Below the pieces are notes generated by a model. The model did not search any database. It was not told the origin of the DNA and saw nothing but the letters and a program-made list of their open reading frames with translations. A program made the position numbers and the translations under genes. Shown here piece after piece: positions 50,644 to 64,000 of a stretch of DNA of 64,000 bases (position 1 is its first letter; every line of letters begins with the position of its first letter). This DNA comes from Eledone cirrhosa (taxonomy: Eukaryota), in NCBI GenBank assembly GCA_964016885.1, contig OZ024742.1:262694001-262758000 (forward strand), given 5' to 3'.

Positions 50644-53600
50644 GTTTCTATTTATTTGCCACGATGGCACAAAAGAAGGGGAGAAATACAAGGGGGGGGG
50701 GGGGGGTTACATAAAGGAACGAGTAAAAAAAACAAATAACAAATATAAAATTAACAATACAGTCCTCAACAGGGAGGAGGCGTTTTGGGTGTTACACCCA
50801 CCCACCCCGAAAAAGTGTGTAACTCTTTTCCTTAGGAGCACAGAGAGGGGTGCTCCTTTGCACTTCCACCTTTCCACCTACAGGCCATTCTCGCTACTTT
50901 CACCCACCTTTCATAAAACTTGCTGGGGTAGAGCACCTCTCTCTCCATTCTGATCCTTCTCTTAAAATGGTATTTAAAGAAAAGGACCAGTTGTTGGCCG
51001 GAGAGAAAGGTGTCCGATCTCAGCCCTTTCAAACGTGTCCACCATACCACCTCTTTCACCATGGCTATTACACAGAGGAAGACCGCCTCTCCTTCATTTT
51101 TGAAGGGGGGGAGGCGGCTTGATCGTTACAATGGACTCAGTGGTCAACCGGATTGGTCCCACCCGTGACAGCAGTCGTTCAACAGATCGGCAACGCCCGA
51201 GCAGTGTACCAATGCGTGCGCAACGGTTTCCTCGTCGCGCACGCATCTGGGACAGATTTTTTTCGAGGGGTCCCTACCCGGGCACCCGTGTCTGTAGAGC
51301 CTTTCTCGGTAGCACTGCCAGGCCAGGGACTTCTGGAAGTTGTCCATAGGTCCCGGGCCAAATGTCCTCCCGAATAGGCTGGCCAGTTCGTCTTCCCCCA
51401 TGCCTAGGGCTTGTCCGAGGGCGTCGTCACACCTACTAACCACCAGCCCTCTATAGAATGACGAGGTGGAGTCTCCACCGATAGTCGGGTCCGCCTGCCA
51501 GAGAGCCGTGAGCGCCTGGGCACACTCGGTGTGCCAGGCAGCCAGTTTTCTCGGTCTTTGCTTGGCCCAGAACTGCAGCTCGGTGAGCGAGACGAGTCTC
51601 GGAAAGGCTCTCCTCACAAACGGGGCCCACACCGGTTGACCGGTGAGGAATACCAGGAGGTACCGTAGCCTTAATGCGTGTTTACGCATCAGCAGCCACG
51701 GCATCCCCAGCCCTCCTTTCGAAGGGTGTTGACAGCAGATGGATCTCCTCACCAAAGGAGCCCGCTTCTTCCAAAGGAATTGGAAGAGTGCGCGCTCCCT
51801 TTTGGTGAACGTTTCCCTTGGGCAAGGCACGACGGTCAGGCGGTAATAGATGATGGACGCTATATAAGCGTTCGCCCGACCTTTCAGAGATAGTTTACAC
51901 TCAGCCCACTTCCGCGTCAGCGCAAACACCCTGTTCGATACCTCACCCCAGTTCTTCTCCACCTGGAGGTCTGGCCCGAACCAGACCCCGAGCAACTTCA
52001 CCGGGTCCTCCGTCCAACGTCCGACGACGCCCTTGGAGGCCATCGGTTTGCCCCTCTACCCGCCGAGTTGCAAACCGACTGACATCCCGGTTCAACTTAG
52101 CCCCTGTAAATATTTCGTATTCGTAAGGTGCCGATCACTCCGATTTCCGAGGTGGTTGACACCATTACTGTCACGTCATCGGCGTAGGCCGACACCGCTT
52201 TCAGCAATCCCGGTTCCAAAGGGATGCCCTGTAACAACTCAAACTTCCGCAGCAGTGGCTCTAGAGCCAATACATACAGAAGGGAGGAGAGAGGGCACCC
52301 CTGTCGGATGGACCGCGTGATTTCGAACGGCTCCGAGAGGTAGCCGGTCACCTTGACCCTAGAGCAGATGCGGCTGCTGTGCATGGCAGTGATCCAGCTC
52401 CTGAAAACGGGTCCGAAACCTTCCGCCGCTAGCACCGCATCCAGGTAACCATGGTCGACCCTATCGAATGCCTTAGATTGATCCAAGTTGATCAGGGCCC
52501 CACCAAAGCCGGATTCGTTCCCAACCCTCTCTATGATGTATCGCATGTCTGCGCATCTCCCACCAGGTTGCCCACGACAAGCGCCAACCTCTTTGCTAAC
52601 ACCTTGGCCAAAATTTTTAACTCTGCATTTAGCAGTGTTATGGGCCTAAAATTACTTATTTCATCCCCTTGTTCTCGTCCTTCCTCACTAGCAAGACTAA
52701 GCCCTTGGTCACAGAACAGGGAATTCTCCCGTTCTGTTGCCAGTTGCAGTAGACCGCTTCGAGGAGATCGAAGAACAAGTCCGGCATACTTAAATACAGT
52801 TCGTATTGAAGACCATCGAGGCCCGGAGATTTGCGTTTGCCGCATTGGCTCAGCACGTCCCCTATTTCAGCAGCTGAGATCGGCCTCTCGCAGGACTTCG
52901 CCTCCTTGACGCGACAGGCCGTCGAGGTATGGAGCGAGGTCCACATCCCCATCCGGCCCCTCGTCCCTTCCGAACAATCGGGCAAAGTGCCTTTGAAAGG
53001 CCTCGCACATCTGCTTAGGTTCAAGGATCACGCGTCTATCCTGGTCTCGCAAAGACCGGATAGTGGATCTAGTCCCACTTTTGGCTTCTGTCAAGCGGGC
53101 CCAGCTAACAGCTTTGGTCCCCTCGTTTCCCAGAGCACGCATTTTGCTTCGGACAACGCAGCCTTCGTGTTTCGCGTCGAAGAACTGGCCCAAGGCCGTT
53201 CTCGACGCTAGCACTCTGGCTACGTCGCCGCTTTTAATTGCGTCTTCTACACTATCTACCAACTCCCTTTCCTTCCTATTTCTATCTGATGCTAACTCCT
53301 TACTAACTCCTATTGAAGCTACTCTAATCTCTCTTTTGAGAGAGCCCCACCAGCTGCTGTTGACGATGGTACCCGTCAACCGCTCCTTAACTAATGTACT
53401 AATCCGGTTCCTGTAAGCTTTACTTGCTGGTAAGGACAAGTTGAGCTTCCAGTAACCGGGTCCCTGTCTATGCGTTCTATCAAGGTTGACCATGGAGGTC
53501 ACTAACTTGTTTTCTGACTAACCAACCATGAGCATTTTGGACAACTTAAAAAGTCGCTATCCTTATTTCTAACTAAGAACCTATCTAGGTACGATCCAAA

Positions 53601-56305
53601 TTGACCGCTGTGGTTTCTCCAAGTCCAGGTTGGCGCAGTCGGAAAATCTAGTCGATATCTATCGGCCTGGTCGAATCGGCCGATTAACCCTTGAGGCTGT
53701 TACAACCCCTCTATCAGGACATGCCCCTACATAGTCCCAACGTGCATCTAGGATACCATTCCAGTCCCCCACTAAAAGCAATGAGAGGGACGTCCCTAGA
53801 AAAGTCTCCAGACGATGGAAGAACTCCGGCCGCGTTGACTCAAAGGGGCCGTAGACGGCGACCAGCCTAAAAGCTCCGCCTTCACCACTGCCAATGTCCA
53901 TAACCACTAGTCGACCCTCCGGGTCCAAGTGTACCGTCTGTGTAGCGAGACCCAGATGTTTTTGCAGCAGAACGACAACCCCACCCCCACCTCCGGGCTG
54001 ACAGAGAGATGCGTGCATCTCAAAGTCATCAAAGGTGGGGGCCAGCTGTCGCACGCTGCTGATCCGGGCCTCGCAAATAACCATCACATTTATAGATCGT
54101 GACCTGAGGTCATTTAGAAGCATTGCTTGCTTCCAAGGTGAGCCCAGGCCACGCGCATTTAGACACCCTATGCTCAACACAGCCATGTTGGTGGTAAAGA
54201 GAAAAGGCACTTACCTCTCTGATTCCCGGGGACCGGGCCGCAAAATTTCCATGGGGGTGGTGGTGCGTTGTTGGGTGGGGTGGTGGTTTGTGGAAGTGTA
54301 GGGGCATCAGTGTATGGTGGGGTTGGGGTGTTTGGAGTTGTGTGGGTGTCGGGGGGGGGGTAGGAGGACACGGTTAATGGGTCTGACGCAGGGGGCCCCA
54401 CGTCCTCTTTAAAAGTGTCTTTTAACGTTTTGTAAATGTCCATTGGAGCTTTAATCATTTTTAGATGGGGAAGCTGTGCGAAATTCGAACAAGCTGTTGC
54501 TTGTGCGAAATTCGAACCTTCGCTTTTTATTAAGTTGTTATTATAAATAACGTTTAACAGTTTTTTGTTTATTGTACTTATGTAGGTATATGCAAATTTT
54601 TCTTTTTGCGTGATGTTTTTTGTTTGCTGTTGTTGTGTGTTTTTTTTGTGTTGATGTCTGTGTTATGGCTTGGGGAGGGGTTGTTTGTATTTGTGTTCCT
54701 GTGGTGTGTTTTCTTTTTTTTCTTTTTACTTTATGAAAGTGTCCCCTCCCCCTCGTCTGACGACGAAAGGGGGTCGTCTTCCGTATTCGATTGGAGGGGT
54801 TCATTTTCGGCTCATGTTTGTGGTGTGGATGTTATTGTATTTGTTTTCTGGATGGGTGGGATTGTTTTCAGTTGTGTTTTAACTTGTGGTGTTAGTTGTT
54901 TTTGTGGTGGTGGTGAAGGTTGTGTTGTTAGTGTTGTAGTTGTTGGTGTGGGCAAAATCGGTGTTTTTTTTGTTTGCTTGGGAACAGGCAGCCCTCATGT
55001 GACCTCTGCCACCACAGAGGTAACAAGTGGGTCGTCTACCCTCCACTGTGATGTGTAAGTAGGCAAGCCCATCCAGCAATATGCGGTCGGGAATCCTAGC
55101 AATTCGTTCTGGCTGCATTTGCACCAGAACTTGCAGGCTAGTTCCACCGAACACGTTGTTGGAAGACTTACCTACCGAAATTGCTGCATCCTCTTTCAAG
55201 TCGAGGAGGCCACACAGTACCGCCCAGAAATCAATATCTGGATCGATACTGTGTATGGTCAATCTTTGTGTTTTTCTTCCCAAATAAGTGGGGAAGAAGG
55301 TAAATAAGGGGGACATAATTGGGGCCAGGAATTTATCTTTCATTCGGATGGATAGACTACCGTAGAGTCTATCCTTCCGAATGAATACAATGTTTTTCAG
55401 ATGATCTTTTAACGCCAGTTCAATCTCTGTCTGTGTGAGTTGTACTGGCTTACGGGTTTTGTTTGATATTGTCCTATAAATAATAGTTTTTAAGCTATTT
55501 TCCTTTTTTAGCTCTGGGGGAGAATTTAAAGAAAATAGACCATTCTCCTCCAAAGTTATATAATTCCGTGCATTTTCCATTTGCTGGGCCATGTTCGAAA
55601 TGTCAATAGGTTCGTACGCGATAGTTTTTTTTATACTTTGCGCGAACGTCATTTTGTTCGCCCCCTCTCTGTTTACATTTGTCGAAATGTGGTTTTCTTG
55701 TTTTTTGTTGTTACAATTTTCATTTTTTGTTGTGTTTGTGTTATTTATGTTGGTGTATGCGTTCACATTTTTTTTCCCCGTTGGGGTTAGACTCCATTTT
55801 TTCAAAATGTTCACTCATATTTTCAGTATCCGAGAAACTCGTAGTTGCAGCTACCATCTCTCTTTCAGCTTTGCTGGTGGGCGTGGCACCGTGAAAAGTC
55901 GAAACGGCATCCATTAATGTTGGCAATTTCTCCGAGTCAATTTTTTTCACATTTTTTTCATTAGGGTTAGGCTCCATTTTTTTCAATGTTTCTAATAATC
56001 ATTATTCTTTCAGTAAGGAGGCTTGTTGCCTCCGCTACCGGCTCTCCTTCAGTTTGTTTGGTGGGCGTGTCATCGTTACCTGTGGTAATGGCTTCCATTA
56101 CCACTAGCGTAGAGACAATTACAAGATTTTTAGGATGAAAAATTTCACCCCAAAAGGGGTGAAATAAATTAACCGTAATGTCCGAAGACGCAGGCAAGGG
56201 GGTTAATTAACACAATAACGCAAGAATACAGACAAACACTTACTGTTAACACGTAATATATCCAATAATCGAGGAGCCGATGTGAAGAACGTCTATACCA
56301 TCCGG
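50644..56305 (-). mobile_element. Tx1 array element E7, full-length, more decayed
   Basis: ORF1 from about 56098 (CYLCGGRGHMRAAC); ORF2 from ATG 54186, broken by many small indels. Confidence 0.92.
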
Positions 56306-56321
56306 AGATAGATAGATAGAT

Positions 56322-57178
56322 TTCTTTATTTGCCACAAGGCGCACAAGGGGACAAAACAAAGACACGCCGGGGATTTTACTTACAATCGTGTAAAAAATA
56401 TGAAACAACCAATTATAACAATCGAAATCCCCAATAGGGGGGAGGCGCTACAAATTGGTTGTTTAATACCCTGTCGATAGAACAACCCTCAACTTCAGGA
56501 GCGTGTTGTGCAAGTGCTCCTTTCTTCCTTTTGCTCTCTTCTTTAACCTACAGGTTTAATACAGAGAAGGCCCAATCACTCGGGCTATTTTTGCCACATT
56601 CACCTACCTTTCAGTAAATTTACTGGGGTGCAGTGCCTCTCTCCACTCTGATTCTCCTTCTAAAGTGGTATTTAAAGAAGGGAATGAGTTGTTGTCCGGA
56701 GAGCAAGGCATCTGTCCTCAGTTCTCTCAATCTCGTCCACCATATAACCACTTTCACCATAGCCACTATACAGAGGAAAACCGCCTCTCTTTCGTTTTTG
56801 AAAGAAGTTGGCGGTTTGATCTATACTATGGACTCGGCAGTCAACTGGATTTGTCCCATACGCGACAGCAGTTGTTCAGCGTAGTTCCACAGGTCGGTTA
56901 CGCCCGGGCAGTGTACAATTGCGTGCAGGACGGTTTCAATGTCCTGCGCGCATCTTGGACACGTTCTCTTGGAAGGATCCCTGCCGGGGCGTCCGAGTCT
57001 GTAGATCTTGTCACGAACTGGTAGAGCTTCTCGGTAGCACTGCCAGGCCAGGGACCTCTGGAAGTTGTCCATAGGTCCCGGGCGGAAAATCCTACCAAAC
57101 AGACTGGTGAGTTCGTCGCTTTCCACGCCTAGAGTCTCTCCGAGCACGTCGACGCCCTTGTGACGTACTAACCCTCTA
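56322..57178 (-). mobile_element. Tx1 array element E8 (3' 0.86 kb)
   Basis: [26 protein letters not shown]; (GATA)n on both sides. Confidence 0.9.
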
Positions 57179-57377
57179 TAGATAGATAGATAAATAGATA
57201 TGCATATGTATAATATGGTAACATAACTCCTGTTAGAGTCGTAGAGGCGCCGTATTGACATACGGCATTTGATGAGCATTTTAAAGCCTGACGGAGCCCA
57301 TCCCTCTCTAGTCCTGAGTACAACAGAGAAAGATAGAAAGTGAGAGAGAGGAAATGGGAAAGAGAAATAGAAGAAGA

Positions 57378-57463
57378 ATCGACCCCAGTACTAAACTGGT
57401 ACTTTTTTTATCGACCTCGAAAGGATGAAAGACAAAGTTGACCTCGGCGGGATTTGATCTCAG
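57378..57463 (-). mobile_element. SINE body fragment (Deu/Nin-domain-like)
   Basis: Reverse complement AAATCCCGCCGAGGTCAACTTTG.CTTTCATCCTTTCG.GGTCGATAAAA..GTACCAG; second copy at 58132-58212. Confidence 0.65.
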
Positions 57464-57545
57464 CACGAATACCATAAATCATTTTATCCGATGTTCTAAC
57501 GACTAGTTTGCCCCACACCACACCACACCACACACACACACACAC

Positions 57546-57900
57546 ATCTCGGCTCGGAATTCATCTCCCCCAGCGGCCTTGCCACATTTGAACGCTTTAA
57601 CTGCTCTTATGGCCTTAGCTTCCGAGAGATTAGTCACTGCTCCCAAATGCACCTCATGTACATCAGATGCTGTTGTGATCGGGTTTAGATCAGCAAAGTA
57701 TTCTCTCCACCTCGCGAGGATGCATCTTTCTGAACAGAGAACTCCAGACGCGTTCCTGATAGCAGGTATGGAGGAGGAATTCTTATTACGATGTCGGCGG
57801 ATGGTCTGCCAGAACATTTTATTTGCTTATCTGAAGTCGTATTCCAGCTTAACCCCAAAGTCTTCCCATATTTTAACTTTGGACGCCTTTACTGTCTCTG
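57546..57900 (-). pseudogene. RTE-clade LINE fragment (linker upstream of RT)
   Basis: FWQTIRR..RWREYFADL..KCGKAAGGDEFRAEM. Confidence 0.8.
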
Positions 57901-58131
57901 TTACGAGTCATCCTGCCATCCGGCGTCACACCAAGTCTCTTTCGAGAATCCATTGTTAGAATAGAAATCTAATTAGGCCTCTCCGTTCGTATTTAGATCC
58001 GGGTTGCCGTTCCTTCCAATCACTCCTTTCCAAGCCAGGTGGTTAGTGCCAACATGTTCATTATATATATATGTGTGTCCGTGACCATTATATTATTCGC
58101 TTTGACGCATAGAGTTACGGCCCTTGTCATT

Positions 58132-58212
58132 CTGAGGTCAAATCCCGCCGAGGTTAACTTTGCCTTTCATCCTTACGGGGTCGATAAAATAAAGTACCAG
58201 TAATATACTGGG
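58132..58212 (+). mobile_element. SINE body fragment (same family as 57378-57463)
   Basis: CTGAGGTCAAATCCCGCCGAGGTTAACTTTGCCTTTCATCCTTACGGGGTCGATAAAATAAAGTACCAG. Confidence 0.65.
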
Positions 58213-58401
58213 TATTTGCTGGCCATGTGCCAAAAGTAGAAACAATTATATTATTCTCTTTGAATCTAGGCAATCAGATATAGTGACACGGTCTCGCGTA
58301 CACACACGTACACACATACACACACACACATACACTTGAACATGCACTAATTAGCCACCATAAACAAAACCCAATGTCAAAAACACTATCTATCTATCTA
58401 C

Positions 58402-58497
<96 letters not shown>

Positions 58498-59059
58498 CCA
58501 GCTGCAGTGAATGTGATAGTGTGGTGTGATTCACTGTTGCATCGTTTCTCATTTCATATAATTTCCTGCTTCTTTCATCTTGAATTACATCTTCAACATG
58601 AATATCCCCACATCAAAGCAGATTATGTAAGTCACGTCAAACACACACTGACAACCGGCTCCAATAAAAGTATCCTCTACATGGTCACCCTCATCGACTA
58701 GAAATAGTTACTAAACTCCTTCAAATCGCAACCTACCGTTTGCGATAAAATGTTGCGGCATCGTTCGGCCAAATATCTGGGCATTGATTGGCCGTTTCAT
58801 TTTTGTGTCGGTCATTATTATGACATATGTAGATGTGTTTGTGTGTTTTCTTTCTCTTATTTTTTAGTTTATTTTTCACCGGCCTCCTTCCCAGTGGCAA
58901 GAATGTAGAAAAAAGAAAAATTTCGTCTTTCTTTGTTCAATCGTTCATCCTTTGAATTATATGTTTTACAGATTTTGAAGATTTCATATATTGCGGTCAT
59001 TTGTACCTTACAAATTATGGAGTTCTGTTTTTTCTCCACAAATCCAAATTCAGTTATAC

Positions 59060-60560
59060 TAATAACAGATATGGAACTGAACGTGTATCTCGGGTACTGG
59101 ATCTGCAAACTTTTCATTCAATGATCTGCAGGTATTCTCCTCTTGCATTTTTCTTACGACATTGACATCGATTGGGGAACTGACTTCTACAACAGAGCAG
59201 AGCATGTTTTAATATGTTGTACCAAATAACACCAGGCCGGTTGTGCTTTTTATTTGGTGGCAGTTTTTTATTTTTTTATTTTTAGGTTCCACCAGTATTC
59301 TTTTGAGTTATTAGTCACAACATATTCCTCCCTATTTGTTTTTATTTTCGTTTCTCGTGATGTATTCCTCATTGTTCTGGCTACTACATCATGCCTCATG
59401 GGGAGGTAGTGACGAGAAGACATTCTTTCACAGTTGGCAATAATGTGGCTAGCATTTTCGATGCTTATTTTGCAGAGCCTATATTTATTGCCAGTTGAGG
59501 TATTCCCTCTTTTGTGCAGTAGGTACTTGGTGAGGATTTCTTATTCTTGAATTACATGGAGGTATCCTTCAAGATGGGATGTTAGAAACTTGTCGGAACT
59601 CCCTGTCCTGTTTTTAGTATGTTTTCCCATACATTATTCCCTCTATGGTCTACGTTTTTCGTCACAAGTAACTATGCACAACCTTCCCAGTGAACTAGTA
59701 TATTTTGTTTCCATTTTGTTCGAACATTGAATAGAGTCTTCCAAGAGATTTGTGTCAATTGTTATTTCATGTCTGTCCTCTAGATCAGTGACTATCATAA
59801 CAATATTGTCATTTGCATGCTGCTGATCTTTTTTCTGTTGTTGAATATGTTGCATACGGGTCTTATGTGATGTTAATATGAATTTTAGGCCCGGTCACTC
59901 TCCTTCTGTAGCCTTATACACACCACCATTGATGTTAAAGTTTTCAGTAACACTGAGCAGCTTGCGAGTCTTTACATCCATCTCGTTGAGTTCTTGCAAT
60001 GACCAATTCAGCAGGCCAAATATTTTGGCGTTAGAATGAGACATTCTTTCCGGGTCCTCTCCATATTTATAGGTCCATTATATCTGACATTCTCATCCTG
60101 TCCAAGATACCTATAGTTTTCACCTTGAGATTTAACGTCAAGCCATTCGTTTTTAGGTTTTCTGAAAAGGACATAATTTTTCCACGTTTTATTGTCGGAA
60201 ATATGCATTTCGACTCACCAAATTTTATTCCAATATCTGCAGAAAAATGGGCAATGAGGTCCAATTGCTTTTTGATGTGGTTAATATTTGGCTCTTGGCC
60301 CTTGCAACTTCAACTCATCGGCAATGGAAATATGGGAGCTATTCTGGATCCATTTCTATGAAGACTATGTTTTATGAGCAGATAGATGGTGGGTTTAACT
60401 AGAGGACAAAGAGCAGAACTGACAAGCTATCACTCTGTAAGATGCCTTTTTGGTAGTGTATAGTATCAGACACAATTTGCTTCTTATCATCCCTAAGAAG
60501 CAAAGTAGTGAAGCATTTAATAACATCTACTAGTGGCTGTGAGACTTTGGCTAACAGTGA
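59060..60560 (-). pseudogene. Heavily decayed R4/Dong-type RLE retrotransposon
   Basis: KGILQSDSLSVLLFVL, FSADIGIKFGESKC, YRYLG, EMDVKTRKLL, RLCK..HIIANC..RHDVVA, VEVSSPID. Confidence 0.8.
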
Positions 60561-61089
60561 ATCGATCATTCAGTATGTATTATGCATGTATGTATGTATG
60601 TATGTATGTATGTATGTATGTATGTATGTATGTGTCAGGTCACTACTGAGTGCTACTGGTAACATGTACCCCAGTACAACCTGTCACATGGTCAGGTCGT
60701 CAGCGACTAAACTGACTACCCCACCAATATTGCTTGGTGAGGAGGGTGATTGGACACCTTGCAGAATGAAAAACAAAACCAGACAAAGGGTGGCGGAACC
60801 CACGAGAGTCAACGGCCATCGCAACAGTATGTGTATATGTATATACTGTGTGGGTGTGTAAATGTATATATGTGGATGGGTGGTGAATTGTTTGTGTGTG
60901 CGTGTGTATTTTTATTTATTTATTTATTTTCTAATTTTAAACTTTTAAACTTTTAAATAACTTCTTTTTTTTAATTCCATTTTATCTTATCCATTTTATC
61001 TAGTTATTATTTATCTGGGAAAACCTATGGATGCTGCAGCTACATTTTTTTCTTGAGAGAAAGACACTCTGAAAATGCTGCTGTTGATA

Positions 61090-64000
61090 CAGATACCGAT
61101 CATCTGGCATCTGTTTGTCATCGGATTCTGACTGTTTTTTACCCGCATCACGTATGATGATAGTTTCCAATAGGGTTACTCTTTCGGTCAGAGGATCCAC
61201 TTTATATCGTACAATGAATTCTTTAATGACTTCTGCGTTCTTTTGGAGCAGATATTCAGGTAACGTCTGTTCCAAAGAGGACTGTATGGGAAACCTAAAA
61301 ATTCGTTTATGAGGTGTTTGATTCGTTGACGTGCAGAGAAGTCCTCTTATACAAGATAAAGCCAGAGGTAGCACGCTTTCCCAGTGGTATCTATCTAACT
61401 ATTTACTCCTGAGTACAAGATTTAATGTTTTTAGGAGTACCCCATTAATTCTTTCACACTGACCATTTCGTTGCGGTTGATAGTGTATTGTGCGAATCTT
61501 AACAGTATCATTCAACAGAAGAAATCATCTGAGAGATTTGCTTTCAAACTGTGCTCCTCTGCCTGAATGTGGACACTGGGAAATAGTCTCCTTAATTTCT
61601 TGTATTGTGTTCTGTGAGTTAAGAGAAACTACAGCACATCTTGAGAGAGCATCAGCAGCCTTATTTACAGACCCAGGTATGTATATGATGAAGCGATGTC
61701 CCGACAGTTCTAGTTTCCATCTGGCAAGTTTATCGGTGTTTTTTTATTTTTGTTTGATGAGTACTGTCAAAAATGTAGGCCACTGATCTCAGATCAGTTA
61801 TGATTGTGAAAAAATGGCACCATGTTTAGTATGTGCTTCCATTTCTTACAACATTCAACAATAGCCTGTGTCTCACGTTTCGCGGCTGACTGCCTTTGTT
61901 CTAAATTAGACAGAGTCTTAGATATAAAAGCAACAGGTCTGCCTTCTTGATGCAAGGTACCTCCTTTTGCTACCCTCGATGCATCAGTTTCAAGTACGAG
62001 TGATGTATCCATACGAAGCATGGCCAGTGATGTAGACTTGAGTAGTTGTTTAATGAGCTCGATAGCGTTTACGCATTCTGTAGATAGAATGAGACGATCT
62101 GACTTCAAACGGTTATCTCTAGCTTGTGTTATAGGTCTGATCAAGTTAGCGCATCCCTTAATCCATTTGTCATAGCAAGCAACTAAGGAGCTGTTAAGTT
62201 GAGAAATCTTATTTGGAACTGGTTAATTCAAAAGATTTTTAAACCGTTTAGGGTCTGGTCTAATGTAACTATTTTCTATTTCTGTGACGCAAGAAATTTA
62301 GTTTCGTCAGTCTGTATTCACATTTGGAGTCGTTCACTGTAATTTTTGCTAGCTTCGCCGCCTTTATAAACTGAAATAGATTGTGGTCATGTTCTGGATA
62401 ATCTTTTCTGTAAATAATTATGTCGAGATATGCGAAAGTTTTGGTCAATGCATTAGATCTAATAAAATCATCGATTGTACGTTGAAAAATGGGGACTGCA
62501 TTGGTACATCCGAAAGGTAACTTACGAAAATTATATAAACGTCCACAGGTCCAAACGTTGTAAGTGGCATATCTCTTTCCTTCAAATCAATTTTGCGGAA
62601 AACTTTATTACATCCCACTTGTTGAAGGTATGGCCGATATATGCAGGAGGATATGAATCGAGTGGTGTATGAAGATTTGTGGTTTTAGAGTAGTCAACTA
62701 CCAATCTTTTTTTTTTAATTATTATTCCTTTCCTTGTACAACGAAACACTGAGCACGCCAAGAACTTTGACTCTCAGTTATGATTCCGTTGTTAAGTAGG
62801 CGATCGATTTTTCTACCATAGAGATAATATTTTGATAAGGGTTGATACTGAGGTTACATTTTAATGCCATGTCTTCAGTTATGAATGAGAAATCAGATCC
62901 TGTATCAATAAGTGTTTCAATAGCATGTCCATTTATATGTGATATTGTTTTATTTAGTTATCTCTGCCTAGTTATCAAACTGGAGTTAGTATTGAATCTG
63001 AATCTGAAGCACCATCTTCAACTGAGTTATTTATGGTCTGTAGAGCTGCAATTTTCTGCTTAGACTTTGATTTGTTTTGGGCTAAGCATACATATTGCCA
63101 ATGCCCTTTCTTATGGTAGTTGTTGCAGATTGAATCTTTTGCAGGACAACTTGCGCGTTCATGCCTTCGCCTTCCACAAAAGAAGCATTTGCCAGTATTA
63201 TTACGAATAGCTGATATCGATGGTTGCCCTGAAACCAAAGATGGCTGATTTTCGTAGTGGATGCGTGATTCAGTGTTACCAAAACCTTGAGAGTCTTTAA
63301 TTGCTAACTCAAGTGTAAGAGCCTGTTTATGAATATGTAAGAGCCTTTCATCAGTTTATTCTAATAGTTTTTGCCCCTTTGTGGTGTTAATAGTCCAAAA
63401 ATGAAGGCATCAACAACAAGCATATCATGGTGTGGATCTGCAGTTAATGATTCAGTTGGACATTTTCTTGCTAAATGTTTTAGTTCATTCATGAAGTCGT
63501 CAACTGATTTATCTTCCATTTGTTTTCGCGTTCTTAGTTTGTGATGCATCATTATGGCTGTAGATTGCTTATTAAATTTGGCACCTAGTATAGCAATGGC
63601 TTGGTTGTAATTCACACAATCTTGAATGTAGACAAAAGCATTGTGGCCACATAACACAAATGATACTGAGAGTCTTCCGATATTTCACCTTTTTTCATGT
63701 AAATCTCAAGCATTCGCTTCCAGTAGAGATACTCTTCCTTGGTAGGACTTTGACTGAGAGTCTTCTTGAAGAATTTGGCATCCATGTCAATGAAGATTGG
63801 AATAAATTGAGCACGACTATTTCACAGTAGTAAGAAGTTATAAGGCTTTATTCCAATCTTCATTGGCAATACAAAATTATGGCCACTTGCAATTTATGTT
63901 GCCGGATTCAGATGAAACTTAAGTAGCCTGCACCAACTAACGTGGTCGCAGCTGATAGGTTGATTCAAACGAATTTCATAACAACATGCTTTTACTGATA
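61090..64000 (-). mobile_element. Decayed Gypsy LTR retrotransposon (gag-PR-RT-RH-IN); may extend beyond the window
   Basis: CFFCG..H....C and C....KKGH....C knuckles; LIDTGS; VVDYS; FGCTNA..FQR; LETDAS..RPVAFIS; QPQRNGQCERIN; TPH; integrase lies after RNase H. Confidence 0.88.

Noticed and set aside
37434-57098. Many plus-strand and alternate-frame ORFs overlapping Tx1 ORFs
   Set aside because: Shadow ORFs of GC-rich coding sequence; their recurrence reflects paralogy only.

Overview
Eukaryotic, almost entirely repeat-derived window. The microsatellite load and SINE types suggest an invertebrate, probably a cephalopod such as octopus (inference). No prokaryotic operons, rRNA or true tRNA genes were seen. 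Contents: (1) ten Tx1/L1-clade non-LTR retrotransposon copies, eight of them stacked head-to-tail over about 20 kb and each bounded by (GATA)n; (2) a near-intact 5'-truncated R4/Dong-type RLE element back-to-back with a full-length Tx1 in one (TAA)n tract; (3) two Penelope-like elements, plus several non-coding fold-back units in (TA)n tracts; the window holds 11 hammerhead-ribozyme motifs from six distinct sequence families; (4) RTE fragments, decayed mariner, Gypsy and R4 relics, a non-autonomous Helitron, two MITE-like elements and SINE fragments; (5) a 3.2-kb Thr-codon minisatellite that may be a mucin-like exon. Most ORF-track entries are microsatellite or antisense artefacts. All family calls come from motif recognition by eye; no database search or folding program was run, and boundaries are approximate to within a few bases.
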